Shown here piece by piece: positions 20,151 to 29,780 of a stretch of 64,000 bases of DNA (its first letter is position 1; the number at the start of each line of letters is the position of its first letter). The position numbers were made by a program, and so were the translations under genes. This DNA is from Gloeobacterales cyanobacterium. GTDB lineage: Bacteria > Cyanobacteriota > Cyanobacteriia > Gloeobacterales > PMM-0068. Below the pieces are notes generated by a model. It searched no databases. It was not told the origin of the DNA and saw nothing but the letters and a program-made list of their open reading frames with translations. The stretch covers positions 32,001-96,000 of the forward strand of contig JBBRSB010000005.1 in assembly GCA_038245785.1 (NCBI GenBank), in the 5' to 3' direction.

Positions 20151-20301
20151 TTCAGTTCTTCCTCACCTGAGGTGCTGAGACCGTTGCCTAATTGTGGTCT
20201 GTAGGTATAGCGATTCCTAAGTTCTATCCTTTCGCCGCTCGTTTCTCCGCGAGAGAATGTTGGCCAACTTTTACCTTTATCAAGAAGAAGGAAGCACTGT
20301 A

Positions 20302-20628
20302 ATGGAAGCCAAATTTTATACCTACCGAGTGTTTTGGTCTGAAGAGGATGAAGAGTTTGTTGGCTTTTGCTCCGAATTTCCTGGCATGAGCTGGCTGGAT
20401 GAAAATCACCAAAAAGCTTTCTCTGGCATTGTTGCTTTAGTCCAAGAATGCCTTAATGATTTGGAGGCTAGACATGAGCCTATTCCACCTCCCCTATCCA
20501 AAAAACAATAAAGTGGCAGGTTCATGGTCAGAATTCCGCCTGAACAGCATCGAGAGCTGGCGCTCCAAGCGGCTGAACAAGGCATCAGTCTAAATCGTCT
20601 TGCAAGCAGTAAATTGATTGCAGATTAA
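20302..20628 (+). pseudogene. hicB: HicB-family antitoxin with a nonsense codon
   Basis: YTYRVFWSEEDEEFVG...PLSKKQ, TAA at 20509-20511, then in frame SGRFMVRIPPEQHRELALQAAEQGISLN; no hicA upstream. Confidence 0.88.
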
Positions 20629-20745
20629 GGGACAGTGCGCTCAAGTATCAAATATTTTTTGGATATTTGCTTTTGGCTGAGGGACTTAGGGATAGCAAGA
20701 TACACAAATACCTAAAAGTATTAGCCAGGTAAGCATTGTGTAGAG

Positions 20746-21117
20746 CTACATTCCTACTGCAACTTGCTGGAAAGGCTCACCCTCATGATGCTGTGAGATC
20801 TGGATAATGACCTTTTGATTCAGTTTATTCAGAAAGCCAAAAAGCCGACCTTCAGAAAATAAATAGTATTTCCCTTGCATCAGATTGGAGACTTCTGGCT
20901 GCTTGATATCTAGTAGCTCGGCAATCTCACGTTGTCTGAGGCCACGCTCTTTCAGCATTTGTCGCACCGAATAGCCGAGCTGCGCCCGAGTCAATAGCTC
21001 ATCTGCTTCTTCAAGACCCATATTGGCAAAAACATTGCCGCTGCTTTCAACATATTCATGGGGTGTAGATATATTCGTTATTTGGCCTCCTGTTGGCTTG
21101 ACTCGCTCACTCTTCAA
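20746..21117 (-). CDS. Orphan XRE/HTH_37-type antitoxin
   Basis: SSGNVFANMGL...QREIAELLDIKQPEVSNLMQGK; no toxin ORF upstream. Confidence 0.85.
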   Translation of the reverse strand: MKSERVKPTGGQITNISTPHEYVESSGNVFANMGLEEADELLTRAQLGYSVRQMLKERGLRQREIAELLDIKQPEVSNLMQGKYYLFSEGRLFGFLNKLNQKVIIQISQHHEGEPFQQVAVGM

Positions 21118-21332
21118 TTCTATAAGTAAACACTTATAAAAACAAGGCCAAGCGGAGAAGAGAAAAATTCGCCATTCATCGCACGGGCAGAAGTCGAATG
21201 TCTACGATTACTGGCGACGTTGCGGCTAGACCCTGCGAGATCTCAGCTTATTTTATGTGGATACCTGGCTGCGGCTGAATGTTCAGAGAGCAGGTGTTTC
21301 AGACAGCAGTTGGTACATTAGGAGAGGCTGGA

Positions 21333-21669
21333 CGGATTATCAGCGCGCGCCGGGCAACACGCATGAAAGGAGGGCTTATGAAGAAGGGACCATCTAATTC
21401 GGTACCGCCGAAAATACAGGCTGAAATTGATGCTCTAGCCGCGTTGGAAGAGCCGATCCGTACTGACCTTATCCCGGAGGCAAACGGAGATTGGAGTAAT
21501 GCGCGGCGTGGAGTTTTTTATCGCCCAATCAAACAGCAGATCACGCCATGCCTTAATGAATGCCGACCTTATAGATTGGTTCAAAACCCACGTCACCGAA
21601 GGGGAGGGGTATCAGACCCGCATCAACCGTACCCTGAGGGAATATATTACCCAGCGGCTAAATGGCTGA
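21333..21669 (+). pseudogene. BrnT C-terminal remnant plus frameshifted BrnA antitoxin
   Basis: RIISARRAT...HERRAYEE (BrnT tail). BrnA starts at ATG 21378 (...FYRPIKQQIT), frameshifts, then continues NADLIDWFK...GYQTRINRTLREYI to TGA at 21669. Confidence 0.85.
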
Positions 21670-21840
21670 GGAATATTTCCTAAGTCTATACATAGTCTCC
21701 CAATCTCTTGAGATGCCTCGCAATATAGGGATCTGGGAAGAAATGCCCTCTGGCCTTTGGATTTGTCAGCCCTCCGGCGATAAATATTTTTATTTTTTGG
21801 AGGAACGCTGGCAGGTCATCGGTCAGCACCGCATTCATAG

Positions 21841-21969
21841 CTCCTCACCAATCAGCCAGAGGCATAGGTCATCGAATTAATCCGCAAGCATCACAAGTCT
21901 GGCAAGTCTTTCCAGCAAATCGCTATCTGGCTCAATGGTCAGGGCTACTCGCCCAAGCGTGGCGAGAGC
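21841..21969 (+). pseudogene. Fragment of a serine-recombinase C-terminal domain
   Basis: Reads PEA*VIELIRKHHKSGKSFQQIAIWLNGQGYSPKRG, the IA..LN..G..KRG recombinase-domain pattern, with an internal TAG. Confidence 0.65.
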
Positions 21970-22210
21970 TTGAGAATCAGCTAGTAAAGAAATTTCAGTC
22001 ATAGAACCCCTTATAGCGAACTCCTCACTGAGCATCATCAAAAGTGCGCAAGACCCATCATGTGAGCCCAAGATCACCTTGTTTGCAAGCTGGTGTGATT
22101 ATGATTGCAGTCTCTTACACATAGATGCGTGTTTCACTGTGGGGTCGCTATGCTCTTCAAGAAAAGCGTAAGGGTTGGGCACTATATATTCGGACCGACA
22201 GGAAAACATC

Positions 22211-22654
22211 ATGAAAAAGATAGCAACAACTCTTATATTGCTCTATCTGTCCACGGGGGTCGCTAATTCTCAAACATTAGACGCCCCGTCTCCCCCCACT
22301 GTCAATCCGGTGCATTCTGGGGCATACCTTGCGAGGAAAGCGGAGGTTGCAACTGAAATAGTTTCTTATATTCAAGCAGGCATAGAGTTGCCTACATGCG
22401 AGATAGCTACCCAAGCTTGGAATAAGGCAGAGACAGATAGAGCAGCCAATCAAAGCGCTACCGATTCTGATAGATTCTGGTGGGGGCCATGGGGCGTTAC
22501 CCCCAGAGATAATTCAAAGCAGATGGCTATGTTGTTTTACAGTGCCGAGGCAGCACAAAGATTGTGTGGAAATTCTTCTCTTGTAGACAATTTGGAAAAA
22601 CGCTTTAACGCTGCTGTTCCGAGTGAGGAATTGCCTTCAAATCGCAAACACTAA
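22211..22654 (+). CDS. Hypothetical secreted protein
   Basis: Signal peptide MKKIATTLILLYLSTGVANS with AGGA upstream. Confidence 0.75.
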   Translation: MKKIATTLILLYLSTGVANSQTLDAPSPPTVNPVHSGAYLARKAEVATEIVSYIQAGIELPTCEIATQAWNKAETDRAANQSATDSDRFWWGPWGVTPRDNSKQMAMLFYSAEAAQRLCGNSSLVDNLEKRFNAAVPSEELPSNRKH

Positions 22655-22913
22655 CCTATTTTCTAAGCTAGAAAAATATCAGCTTAAATTTCTTTTTTGC
22701 TTAAGGAAAAAAACAGATGGATGCTGTGAGAAATGACAGTACCACGGTGGATTCTCTCTCTAGAGTGGCTTTTTCATATTGCTTTCTCTTAGGGGAGTTG
22801 AGTTAATGGAAAATCTACATTCGGGGTAGTCTGTTTATTTTTTAGAGTGACAGATATTACTTAGACTTCACTCTTAGCCGCGACTGGCTAGTGGACAAAT
22901 TCTATAGGACATC

Positions 22914-23624
22914 ATGAAACGATTACTTGCAATTACCTCTCTAATGGCTCTTTTGACTGGCCCTGCCATGGCCGCGCCAAGCAAGCTTGAACAAGTTTTT
23001 GATCCTGAAATGCTCTCGGTAGATCTTTCATACTTCGAGCTAGTGACTGGTCCGGCTAGAAACACTCACGGAGGCACTAAAATCTACAAAGTTGACGGCT
23101 GTGAGGTGACAGCTACCTTAGACGGTAGCACGATTCAATCACTTAGATTGGAGTTAAGCCCCTCTTGAACGTTCGACATAAACAAGTTCTTGCATGGATA
23201 CGGAAAGTTCCCCGCCCCTCATCTCATGACATTTGGGCAATTTGATGCATTAACAGGTAACGTTGGACAGTTCATGACTGCCTGCCTGAACGAATGCGGC
23301 AATATCACGGACCCGAGCGTGTATGAATATAGGTCTGGACCTCATTCAGATGGTTGGCTTGACGTAATGCTAGAGGTCAAACTAGTTGACACCCCCTCGA
23401 TAGATGCATCGTTTAAATGGGCGAAAGCGATGAAGAAGACAGAAGGAGAGGAATGGGTTCTCCAGACCAAATTTAATTGCCAACTCACGAAGTACGATAC
23501 TGTCGCCCACAACACTTTCAAGAAAGTCAGAATCACGGCAATCACAGTTGGACATAACATCAAGACTCCGGGTCATGGACTTTTAACCACATGGTCTGGT
23601 GCCGATGATTGCGGCGGAGGTTAA
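22914..23624 (+). pseudogene. Secreted Cys-containing protein interrupted by an in-frame TGA
   Basis: ORFs 22914-23168 and 23190-23624 are in the same frame, separated only by TGA at 23166-23168; signal peptide MKRLLAITSLMALLTGPAMA. Confidence 0.75.
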
Positions 23625-23874
23625 CAGTACTAGTATTTGAAATGCTTAACTATAGAGAATTACGCTAAGGCTATAACTCTCACTGAACGGTGCTCGGCGT
23701 GGGGACATGGCAATAGAAGACCCCTGGGTTTTGAATTTTTTCCATCCTGCGATTAGGATTTGTATTTCTCGGTCGAGGGCTGGCAAATTGTCGGGTTAGT
23801 AATCTAGTTGATTGCTCAGGTCTGATAACCCTCTTGAGCGAAATTTGAAAGCACATTCTCACTAGAAGACAATC

Positions 23875-23922
23875 GACTAACGATGGAAATTAGTGGCGCG
23901 CGTCCGCCTGAATTGGTTAGGA
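23875..23922 (-). other. Degenerate, internally shortened integron attC site
   Basis: Minus strand TCCTAAC-CA-ATTCAGGCGGACGCGCGCCACTAATT-TCCATC-GTTAGTC; the FRG stop codon lies inside R''. Confidence 0.65.
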
Positions 23923-24705
23923 ATCATACCTATAGATTCTGTTGGCTAACATTTCAGCAAGGCTTTCCTCAGATCCATATAGTGAATATGCGTTTATGTT
24001 CATTGCGTCAAGGTCAGCAAGTGCTTCAGCCCTAATGCATGAAGGGATAATATACCTGGTTGCAATATCTTGGTGATCGTTGCTGGGCTGAAGGGCTTCT
24101 TCGTGGCTCCCGTAATGCCAAGTACTACCAATTTTCTTCCTGCAAAAGGTGTATTCCGCCTGCTGAATATAATGCCGTCTGTGCGTTCGGATGGTTGGGC
24201 CACACCCAATTATTTGTGATTCAGATGACCACCCGCCCTTAGCGCCATCCGCGTATTCTCTGAACGAGTAAATTGCGACAGTCTTTTCTGGGCTTGGGTG
24301 CTGAAAGGCAAAGAAGGAGGCAATGTATGGAGATCTGGTCCAATCCAAAATAGGCGTTGGGAAACCGTGATGGCGTAGATAAACCATGAATTCGTAGTTC
24401 TTTGGAGGGGATGGATGATCAGCGTTGTCAAAAGCGGTGACCCATACATTATTGGTGTATGACTCAAAGGCGTGTTTTGCTACCTCTACCGTGGTTCCAT
24501 ATTCATCAATAGAGGGAAGGCTGCTTCTTCCCTTTCTTTCAATAGTGGATTCAAGACGCCAGCTCGAACACTTGTGTCCGCGAAACAATAGCGGTGATAT
24601 ATATAATTCTCCGTTAACCTGTTTGGATTCTTGGTCTAGAAGTTGGGATATTATTTCTTTCCAAGACGCCCAACTGGATAGTTCTTGACTTTTCATTCTT
24701 AGCAC
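23917..24705 (-). CDS. FRG-domain protein (gene cassette)
   Basis: LFRGH, RHHGFPTPILDWTRSPYIASFFA and R...QQAEYT motifs. Confidence 0.92.
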   Translation of the reverse strand: MLRMKSQELSSWASWKEIISQLLDQESKQVNGELYISPLLFRGHKCSSWRLESTIERKGRSSLPSIDEYGTTVEVAKHAFESYTNNVWVTAFDNADHPSPPKNYEFMVYLRHHGFPTPILDWTRSPYIASFFAFQHPSPEKTVAIYSFREYADGAKGGWSSESQIIGCGPTIRTHRRHYIQQAEYTFCRKKIGSTWHYGSHEEALQPSNDHQDIATRYIIPSCIRAEALADLDAMNINAYSLYGSEESLAEMLANRIYRYDS

Positions 24706-24748
24706 CTCACTTGCTGGGATTCCTAACTATTTATTGGACTGAATCAAA

Positions 24749-24900
24749 TCTACCTATCACACCCAATAGGGATCTTAGGTAGATTCATTTCCACCTATTT
24801 ATTCCAAGCAGGTAATTGGGTAGAAAGACTCATACTCTAATTCTACCTTGCACCTCTAATAGGGATCTTAGGCTGAAACATAACCACCTATCCGATTCCA
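24749..24900. repeat. Two imperfect ~58-bp direct repeats, period 93 bp
   Basis: 24749-24806 and 24842-24900 share TCTACCT...AATAGGGATCTTAGG...CCACCTAT...ATTCCA. Confidence 0.8.
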
Positions 24901-25124
24901 CACTATACTTTCATGAAATTTTAATCAGGGCAGAGAGTTAATTTTCTACTTCACTCAAGCAGCTATGGAACCCTGCCCAAAAAACTGGTCTAACTATTAA
25001 GTGCACATACCCAGGCATCAGAAAATTTAAGAGCGACAGCCATTTCACGTTCGCTTAATCCTTAACTTGAACTTGGAAGGCCAGAAGATAAATTTCAAAC
25101 TACTGACATAAACTGCAACTTAAG

Positions 25125-25182
25125 CGCTAACGTTTAATTCACCAGCGAGCTTCAGCGAGTCCGGTGGAATGGCTGGTTGGGC
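25125..25182 (-). other. Canonical integron attC site (58 bp)
   Basis: Minus strand: R'' GCCCAAC, 5-nt spacer CAGCC, L'' ATTCCACC, inner stem, L' GGTGAAT, spacer TAAAC, R' GTTAGCG; begins 3 nt after the stop of the upstream gene. Confidence 0.9.
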
Positions 25183-25185
25183 ATT

Positions 25186-25719
25186 TTATTTTTCATTTAT
25201 AATTTTTTGCCTAATTGGTTCCCAAATTGAAGTGATGTCGTCTCTACTTAACCCATTTTCTTCCGCATAATTATATACGATTCCGTGAAGTAACTTTATT
25301 GCTACACCATGAAGACACCATTGTGGTTCATCGTTGGGAACAGCCTCAAGTTTATCTGAGATTGCTTGTAATCTTGAAGATACCTCTTTGTCATCACTCA
25401 GAAGAGTTACGCCATGAGCAAGATCGTTACGTAAGTCTCTAAGCATATGAATTCCTTCGGCTGTTATGTCATTAACAATGCCGATTAATTGAGCTGTATT
25501 TATTGCTTTAAAAAAAGTATTGTAGGCTTCTTTGCCTTTTATTAGGTTCTTTATAGCTTGCTTTTTCTGACTTGTATCCTGCTCAATAAGTTCCTTTAGT
25601 AAGGCTTCAAGAGCAGCGCATAACACAATTACATTTCCCCTAGTTGATTCTGTAAATAGATTACGATCATAAAAAATACGTAGCCTAATGACTCTTTCAA
25701 TGATCTTATCTATTTCCAT
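25186..25719 (-). CDS. AT-rich MtlR/DUF4145 (HEPN-like) hypothetical protein (gene cassette)
   Basis: ESTRGNVIVLCAALEALL...LRDLRNDLAH contains an RxxxxH motif; bracketed by GTTGGGC and the attC. Confidence 0.8.
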   Translation of the reverse strand: MEIDKIIERVIRLRIFYDRNLFTESTRGNVIVLCAALEALLKELIEQDTSQKKQAIKNLIKGKEAYNTFFKAINTAQLIGIVNDITAEGIHMLRDLRNDLAHGVTLLSDDKEVSSRLQAISDKLEAVPNDEPQWCLHGVAIKLLHGIVYNYAEENGLSRDDITSIWEPIRQKIINEK

Positions 25720-26068
25720 AATTTTGCTCTAGTTTTAGTGCCCAACCAGTGATTATACAGTTTCTGGATATCTCCACGGGGAGAATATCAGCGCATTTGT
25801 AAGGATAGACAGCAGAAACAGCCATAAATAAGTTCCCAGAGATTGACGCTAGATAAGAAGAGCTGCTCAACTGGCAAGATCAGAGTTCAGCGCGGGTAAA
25901 TGCTTCCGTGAGGTTTGTTCCAGCCGACTAAGAATCATAAGCTACCTGGTGGCAGCAAGATAATGAAGACTGGGAGTTAGACTTTCTTTCATGGTCGTAT
26001 GCTCCTTAATGCATGGATAAATATGCTATAAGCTAATACTTAGCCATCTTTCGATTAGGATTAGGGGG

Positions 26069-26341
26069 TTAGTTTATGTCATGGTTGTTTAGAGTCTCTT
26101 CCAAATGATCAACTTTGCTTTCCAGGTCAGAAACTTTTTCTTCAGTTTTTTCCTCTCGAATGTCTGTATTGTTTTCTAGCTGCCCAAGGCGGGTTTCCAT
26201 TTCATCTACGCTGGATTGCATATTCTGGAAACTTGAAATAGCAAAAGTAGCTGTCGATAGCAATAACAAAACTAGCGCTATACCGATTACTCGATTCATG
26301 ATTTTCTCATATTTATGTATGTGGACTGTTGTAAGTTGCAC
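26069..26341 (-). CDS. Small membrane-anchored coiled-coil hypothetical protein
   Basis: One hydrophobic helix followed by an acidic heptad region; the true start may be the internal ATG (MNRVIG). Confidence 0.55.
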   Translation of the reverse strand: MQLTTVHIHKYEKIMNRVIGIALVLLLLSTATFAISSFQNMQSSVDEMETRLGQLENNTDIREEKTEEKVSDLESKVDHLEETLNNHDIN

Positions 26342-26625
26342 GGCATATAGCCATTCAGCATTACGCGGACCTCTCTTTGAATATGCCCCTTAATCGGGGC
26401 CGATCCATCGCCCAAAGCTTCTCCCCTGATAGAGAAGTTGGGGGGGGTGCATATCCCTCGAAAAGGTATATTTCGGGGTCTAAGCAGCGAAGAATTAGGC
26501 GTTAAGAAGCCCTGATATAAAGGCTTCTGCCGATCCTTTGGACTCATAGTTTCCGTAACTCTCTTTGACCTTCCCTCGAAAAAGTGGACATTCCCGAAGA
26601 GTCGTTAACCGAGGAGAATGTTCAG

Positions 26626-26934
26626 ATGTCGCAAAAACCACGCAGACTATTTACTCCTGAGCAAAAAGCTGAGGCAGTTCGCATCGTCACTCAATCTGGC
26701 AAACCCGTCAGCCAAGTTGCCAAAGAGATGGGTTTAACCGAAAGTGCCCTTCGCCAATGGGTTAAACAAGCCCAGATCGACCATCAATCAGACCCACAGG
26801 GTCCATTGACCTCTACTGAACGTAAAGAACTGATTACTTTACGCCGGGACTTGAAACGGGTTCAAATGGAGCGGGATTTCCTAAAAAAAGCAGCGACCTT
26901 CTTTGCGAAGGAAAGCTCAGACCCTATGAGCTAA
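26626..26934 (+). CDS. IS3 OrfA (HTH)
   Basis: RRLFTPEQKAEAV...VAKEMGLTESALRQWV...ERDFLKKAATFFAK; ATG about 26626 after GAGGAG. Confidence 0.92.
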   Translation: MSQKPRRLFTPEQKAEAVRIVTQSGKPVSQVAKEMGLTESALRQWVKQAQIDHQSDPQGPLTSTERKELITLRRDLKRVQMERDFLKKAATFFAKESSDPMS

Positions 26935-26966
26935 TCCATGCAGAGAAGGTTAACTTTTCTATTGCC

Positions 26967-27806
26967 TTGATGTGTAAAGTGCTCAATCTGTCCAGGAGTG
27001 GCTATTACGCCTGGTTCAAGTGCAAAGCATCCCCCAGAACTCAGGAGAATGAAATCTTGTCACAACAAATTCAACAGATTTACCAAGCAAGTCGTGAAAC
27101 CTATGGCTCCCCCCGGATTCATGCATCGCTAGTGGACAAAGGCTTTCAGGTCGGTCGTCAACGGGTCGTGCGATTAATGGCAAAGCTCGGTATCTGCGTC
27201 CGCCCTAAGCGTAAATTCAAGGTCACGACCGATTCTGGACATGACTTACCGATTGCTGAGAATGTTCTGGATAGGGACTTTACAACGAGTGAACCTGACC
27301 GGTCTTGGGCAGCAGATTTGACGTATGTCTGGACCACTGAAGGATGGCTTTACTTGGCTGTCATTATCGACCTGTTCTCCCGACGGGTAGTGGGGTGGTC
27401 CATGGCTGAGCATATGCGTACAGAATTGGTTTTGACAGCTTTAGACGCAGCTTTGGGGCAGCGCATACCCTCACAAGCTGGGTTGGTCTTTCATTCTGAA
27501 CGGGGCAGCCAATACGCCAGTGGAGACTACCAAGCTGCTCTCCAGAAGGCTGGCATAACCTGTAGTATGAGCCGTCGAGCCAATTGTTGGGATAACGCCG
27601 TGGCTGAAAGTTTTTTTGGTACCCTCAAAACCGAGTTGATCTATCCGAGGATTTTCTCCTCAAGAGCAATCGCCAGGACAACCATCGCGGAGTGGATCGA
27701 AGTGTTTTACAATCGACAACGAATGCACTCGACGATTGGATATCTTTCCCCAGTTCAATTTGAAGAAAATTACTGGTGCACCCTAAATCACCCCATGGTA
27801 GCTTAA
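26967..27806 (+). CDS. IS3 OrfB integrase core (expressed by -1 frameshift)
   Basis: WAADLTY, HSERGSQY (D changed to E), DNAVAESFFGTLKTE. Confidence 0.93.
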   Translation: MMCKVLNLSRSGYYAWFKCKASPRTQENEILSQQIQQIYQASRETYGSPRIHASLVDKGFQVGRQRVVRLMAKLGICVRPKRKFKVTTDSGHDLPIAENVLDRDFTTSEPDRSWAADLTYVWTTEGWLYLAVIIDLFSRRVVGWSMAEHMRTELVLTALDAALGQRIPSQAGLVFHSERGSQYASGDYQAALQKAGITCSMSRRANCWDNAVAESFFGTLKTELIYPRIFSSRAIARTTIAEWIEVFYNRQRMHSTIGYLSPVQFEENYWCTLNHPMVA

Positions 27807-27952
27807 GTTACCTGTCCACTTTTTTGGGGTAAGGTCACTTTGAGCACGGCAGAGATGAGTTCGCAATCCACCTAGAAATGCGAACTCTCTGTCTATTTCG
27901 CTCTACTGGTCAACATAAAGCTCGGCCACACAAGTAGATATTCTGGATGAGG

Positions 27953-28816
27953 CTACGGTTTATAGAAAGCAGGCCCAGTACATCCTTTCAGAGCATTGGG
28001 CATAGATGGAGTTGCACATTGTAATTTCATGTCTTCAACTTCAGTTAGCGCACCATCTTTACTAAGCACTACTGCGCAATCATTTGCAAGGTAATCCCTT
28101 CTTGCTCTGTTGCGCTCTTCTTGCCCAATATACGCTCCTGTGTATGGGTTGTAAGGTTGATACTCTGACTTTGCGCTGTTCAGAAAATAGCACATGTTCA
28201 CGGAATAGTCACTGAGGATGCGGTCACAGTGCATCGATTGAGACCAATGCTTACCGATTGAAAGGTATGGCTCTTCCCACGGAATTGCTAGCGCCCCAGT
28301 AAAAGGATCAAATTTAGCTTTACCCGTCAAATGGTCGCTTTTTATTCCGCACGATTGAGACGTGAATAGAACGTATCTAGAAGGTTTGTTCTCCTTCACC
28401 TCAAGTTTTGCATTTTTTAAAAAACTTTCAAGAGTTCCATCACTGAAAGCAATCTTTATCTGAGTTTTGTGAGCGCTAGCTTTAGGGCAATTCAACTTAT
28501 CTTCAAAAAGATTGTCTGCTATCCATGAACTAATAGTACTTTGCTTCTGCTCCTCAAGTGAGCCTGGATAAAGAGGTTCTAGTAAGTTAATTTGGTCGCT
28601 TCCCATAGAAAAACTTTTATCTATTGATTGGCAATTTTGTCCTAAAGCACTATCGGCTAATACTTCAAATTCAAGTTCTTGCGCATTAGATTGTATGTAT
28701 TGTTCCAAAGTCTTAGGTAAAGGGGCAGCTTGCCCAGCATCGCCCGTCAAAACAACGGTCGAGAAAAGAACACAGAGAACAGTTAGTCGAAAGAGTAGGG
28801 TAGACATAGTGGTCAT
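27953..28816 (-). CDS. Hypothetical secreted Cys-rich protein
   Basis: Part of ORF 27953-28999; the signal-peptide-like stretch after MTTMST suggests a start near 28816. Confidence 0.65.
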   Translation of the reverse strand: MTTMSTLLFRLTVLCVLFSTVVLTGDAGQAAPLPKTLEQYIQSNAQELEFEVLADSALGQNCQSIDKSFSMGSDQINLLEPLYPGSLEEQKQSTISSWIADNLFEDKLNCPKASAHKTQIKIAFSDGTLESFLKNAKLEVKENKPSRYVLFTSQSCGIKSDHLTGKAKFDPFTGALAIPWEEPYLSIGKHWSQSMHCDRILSDYSVNMCYFLNSAKSEYQPYNPYTGAYIGQEERNRARRDYLANDCAVVLSKDGALTEVEDMKLQCATPSMPNALKGCTGPAFYKP

Positions 28817-28946
28817 GGGAACTCCTAAATTGGATGGGAACACGGTCTGATCTACGAGGTTGAGACAGCTATGGCTTTTGAAACTCAAACTTGCGGGGGA
28901 TGTTTTACAGAGATTGCAGTTACAAATATTGGAGGTAAGGCCCTTT

Positions 28947-29780
28947 TCATTTCTTTTTTTTAGTGCTTGCGGTGTGGGCGACGATAGCCTCTCGCCCATA
29001 GAGAAGTGCTGAGTATGCTGTAGGTGCTTCAGGCCACCCCTCGGGCGGAAGAGGGCGAAGACTGAGCGGCAGTTCCGTTTCCATATCGAAGGTGCTGTTC
29101 CGCCAGGGATTCAGGCTTTGCACGGGAAAGGGAAGAGTGGGCGAAGCGTCCCACGCTACCAAGAAAGCTAGTGGGAAGAACTTGATGAACCAGGCGAGGA
29201 ATGGCTCTTGTCTTCCGAGATCTATGTATGAGGCGTCTCGCACCAAGACTTGCGGCTTGTGCGGGTACGCCCAGTAGTACATAGACAAAGCCTGCGGTAA
29301 TGGTTTCGACAAATCAAGAATGTAGTCTCGGACTTCTTCGGTATGCGGCCCCTTTCTGTATCGATCTACCCCTTGTGCTGCGATATGGCCGAGCACCGAA
29401 CGCATGATCGCCTGCGGGCGGGCAGGCACTGCCAAGGGCGACGGCAGATACAGACTACTCTGAAGGAGCGCTGCGGTCCCATTGGCGACGGCAATCAAGT
29501 AGGGATCGTACGTGTGGCCGAGAAGTTTGTTGTTGCAGCGACCGCAGAGCGTTCGGTACTTGACCCCATTCTGCGAGAATGACCTTTTCACCTTAGGCAC
29601 CGAAGCGGAAAGTGCGTGAGTGATGTGTAGAAGTTCGACTTCTGTCGGACGGACACAGCCTTTTGGTGGAGTGTGATCCTCCGTGAGTGGACCTACTTCT
29701 CCGCAGATATTGCAAGCGCCGTTCCTTGGACCCCTAGTCTCAACGCTGAAACCCTTATTTGACTTTGAATACTTCCGCAT
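28947..29780 (-). CDS. HNH-like Zn-binding protein
   Basis: CNICG...TEDHTPPK...LCGRCNN pattern of HNH-type nucleases; higher GC than its neighbours. Confidence 0.75.
   Translation of the reverse strand: MRKYSKSNKGFSVETRGPRNGACNICGEVGPLTEDHTPPKGCVRPTEVELLHITHALSASVPKVKRSFSQNGVKYRTLCGRCNNKLLGHTYDPYLIAVANGTAALLQSSLYLPSPLAVPARPQAIMRSVLGHIAAQGVDRYRKGPHTEEVRDYILDLSKPLPQALSMYYWAYPHKPQVLVRDASYIDLGRQEPFLAWFIKFFPLAFLVAWDASPTLPFPVQSLNPWRNSTFDMETELPLSLRPLPPEGWPEAPTAYSALLYGREAIVAHTASTKKKK

Larger units (their letters stand above)
26566..27837 (+). mobile_element. IS3-family insertion sequence (1272 bp)
   Basis: Terminal IRs TGACCTTCCCTCGAAAAAGTGGACA and TGTCCACTTTTTTGGGGTAAGGTCA, 3-bp target duplication CTT, orfA/orfB with an A7G slippery site at 26883-26890. 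Confidence 0.96.

Noticed and set aside
22174..22660. GTTGGGC before and CACTAAC after the secreted-protein gene, as a possible cassette
   Set aside because: The two cores are not complementary and no attC stem follows
24749..24900. Possible mini-CRISPR array
   Set aside because: Only two long imperfect copies, no cas genes, no uniform repeat-spacer structure
26345..26372. XerC-arm-like GGTCCGCGTAA on the minus strand (possible dif/pdif site)
   Set aside because: No XerD arm (TTATGTTAAAT) at 6-bp spacing
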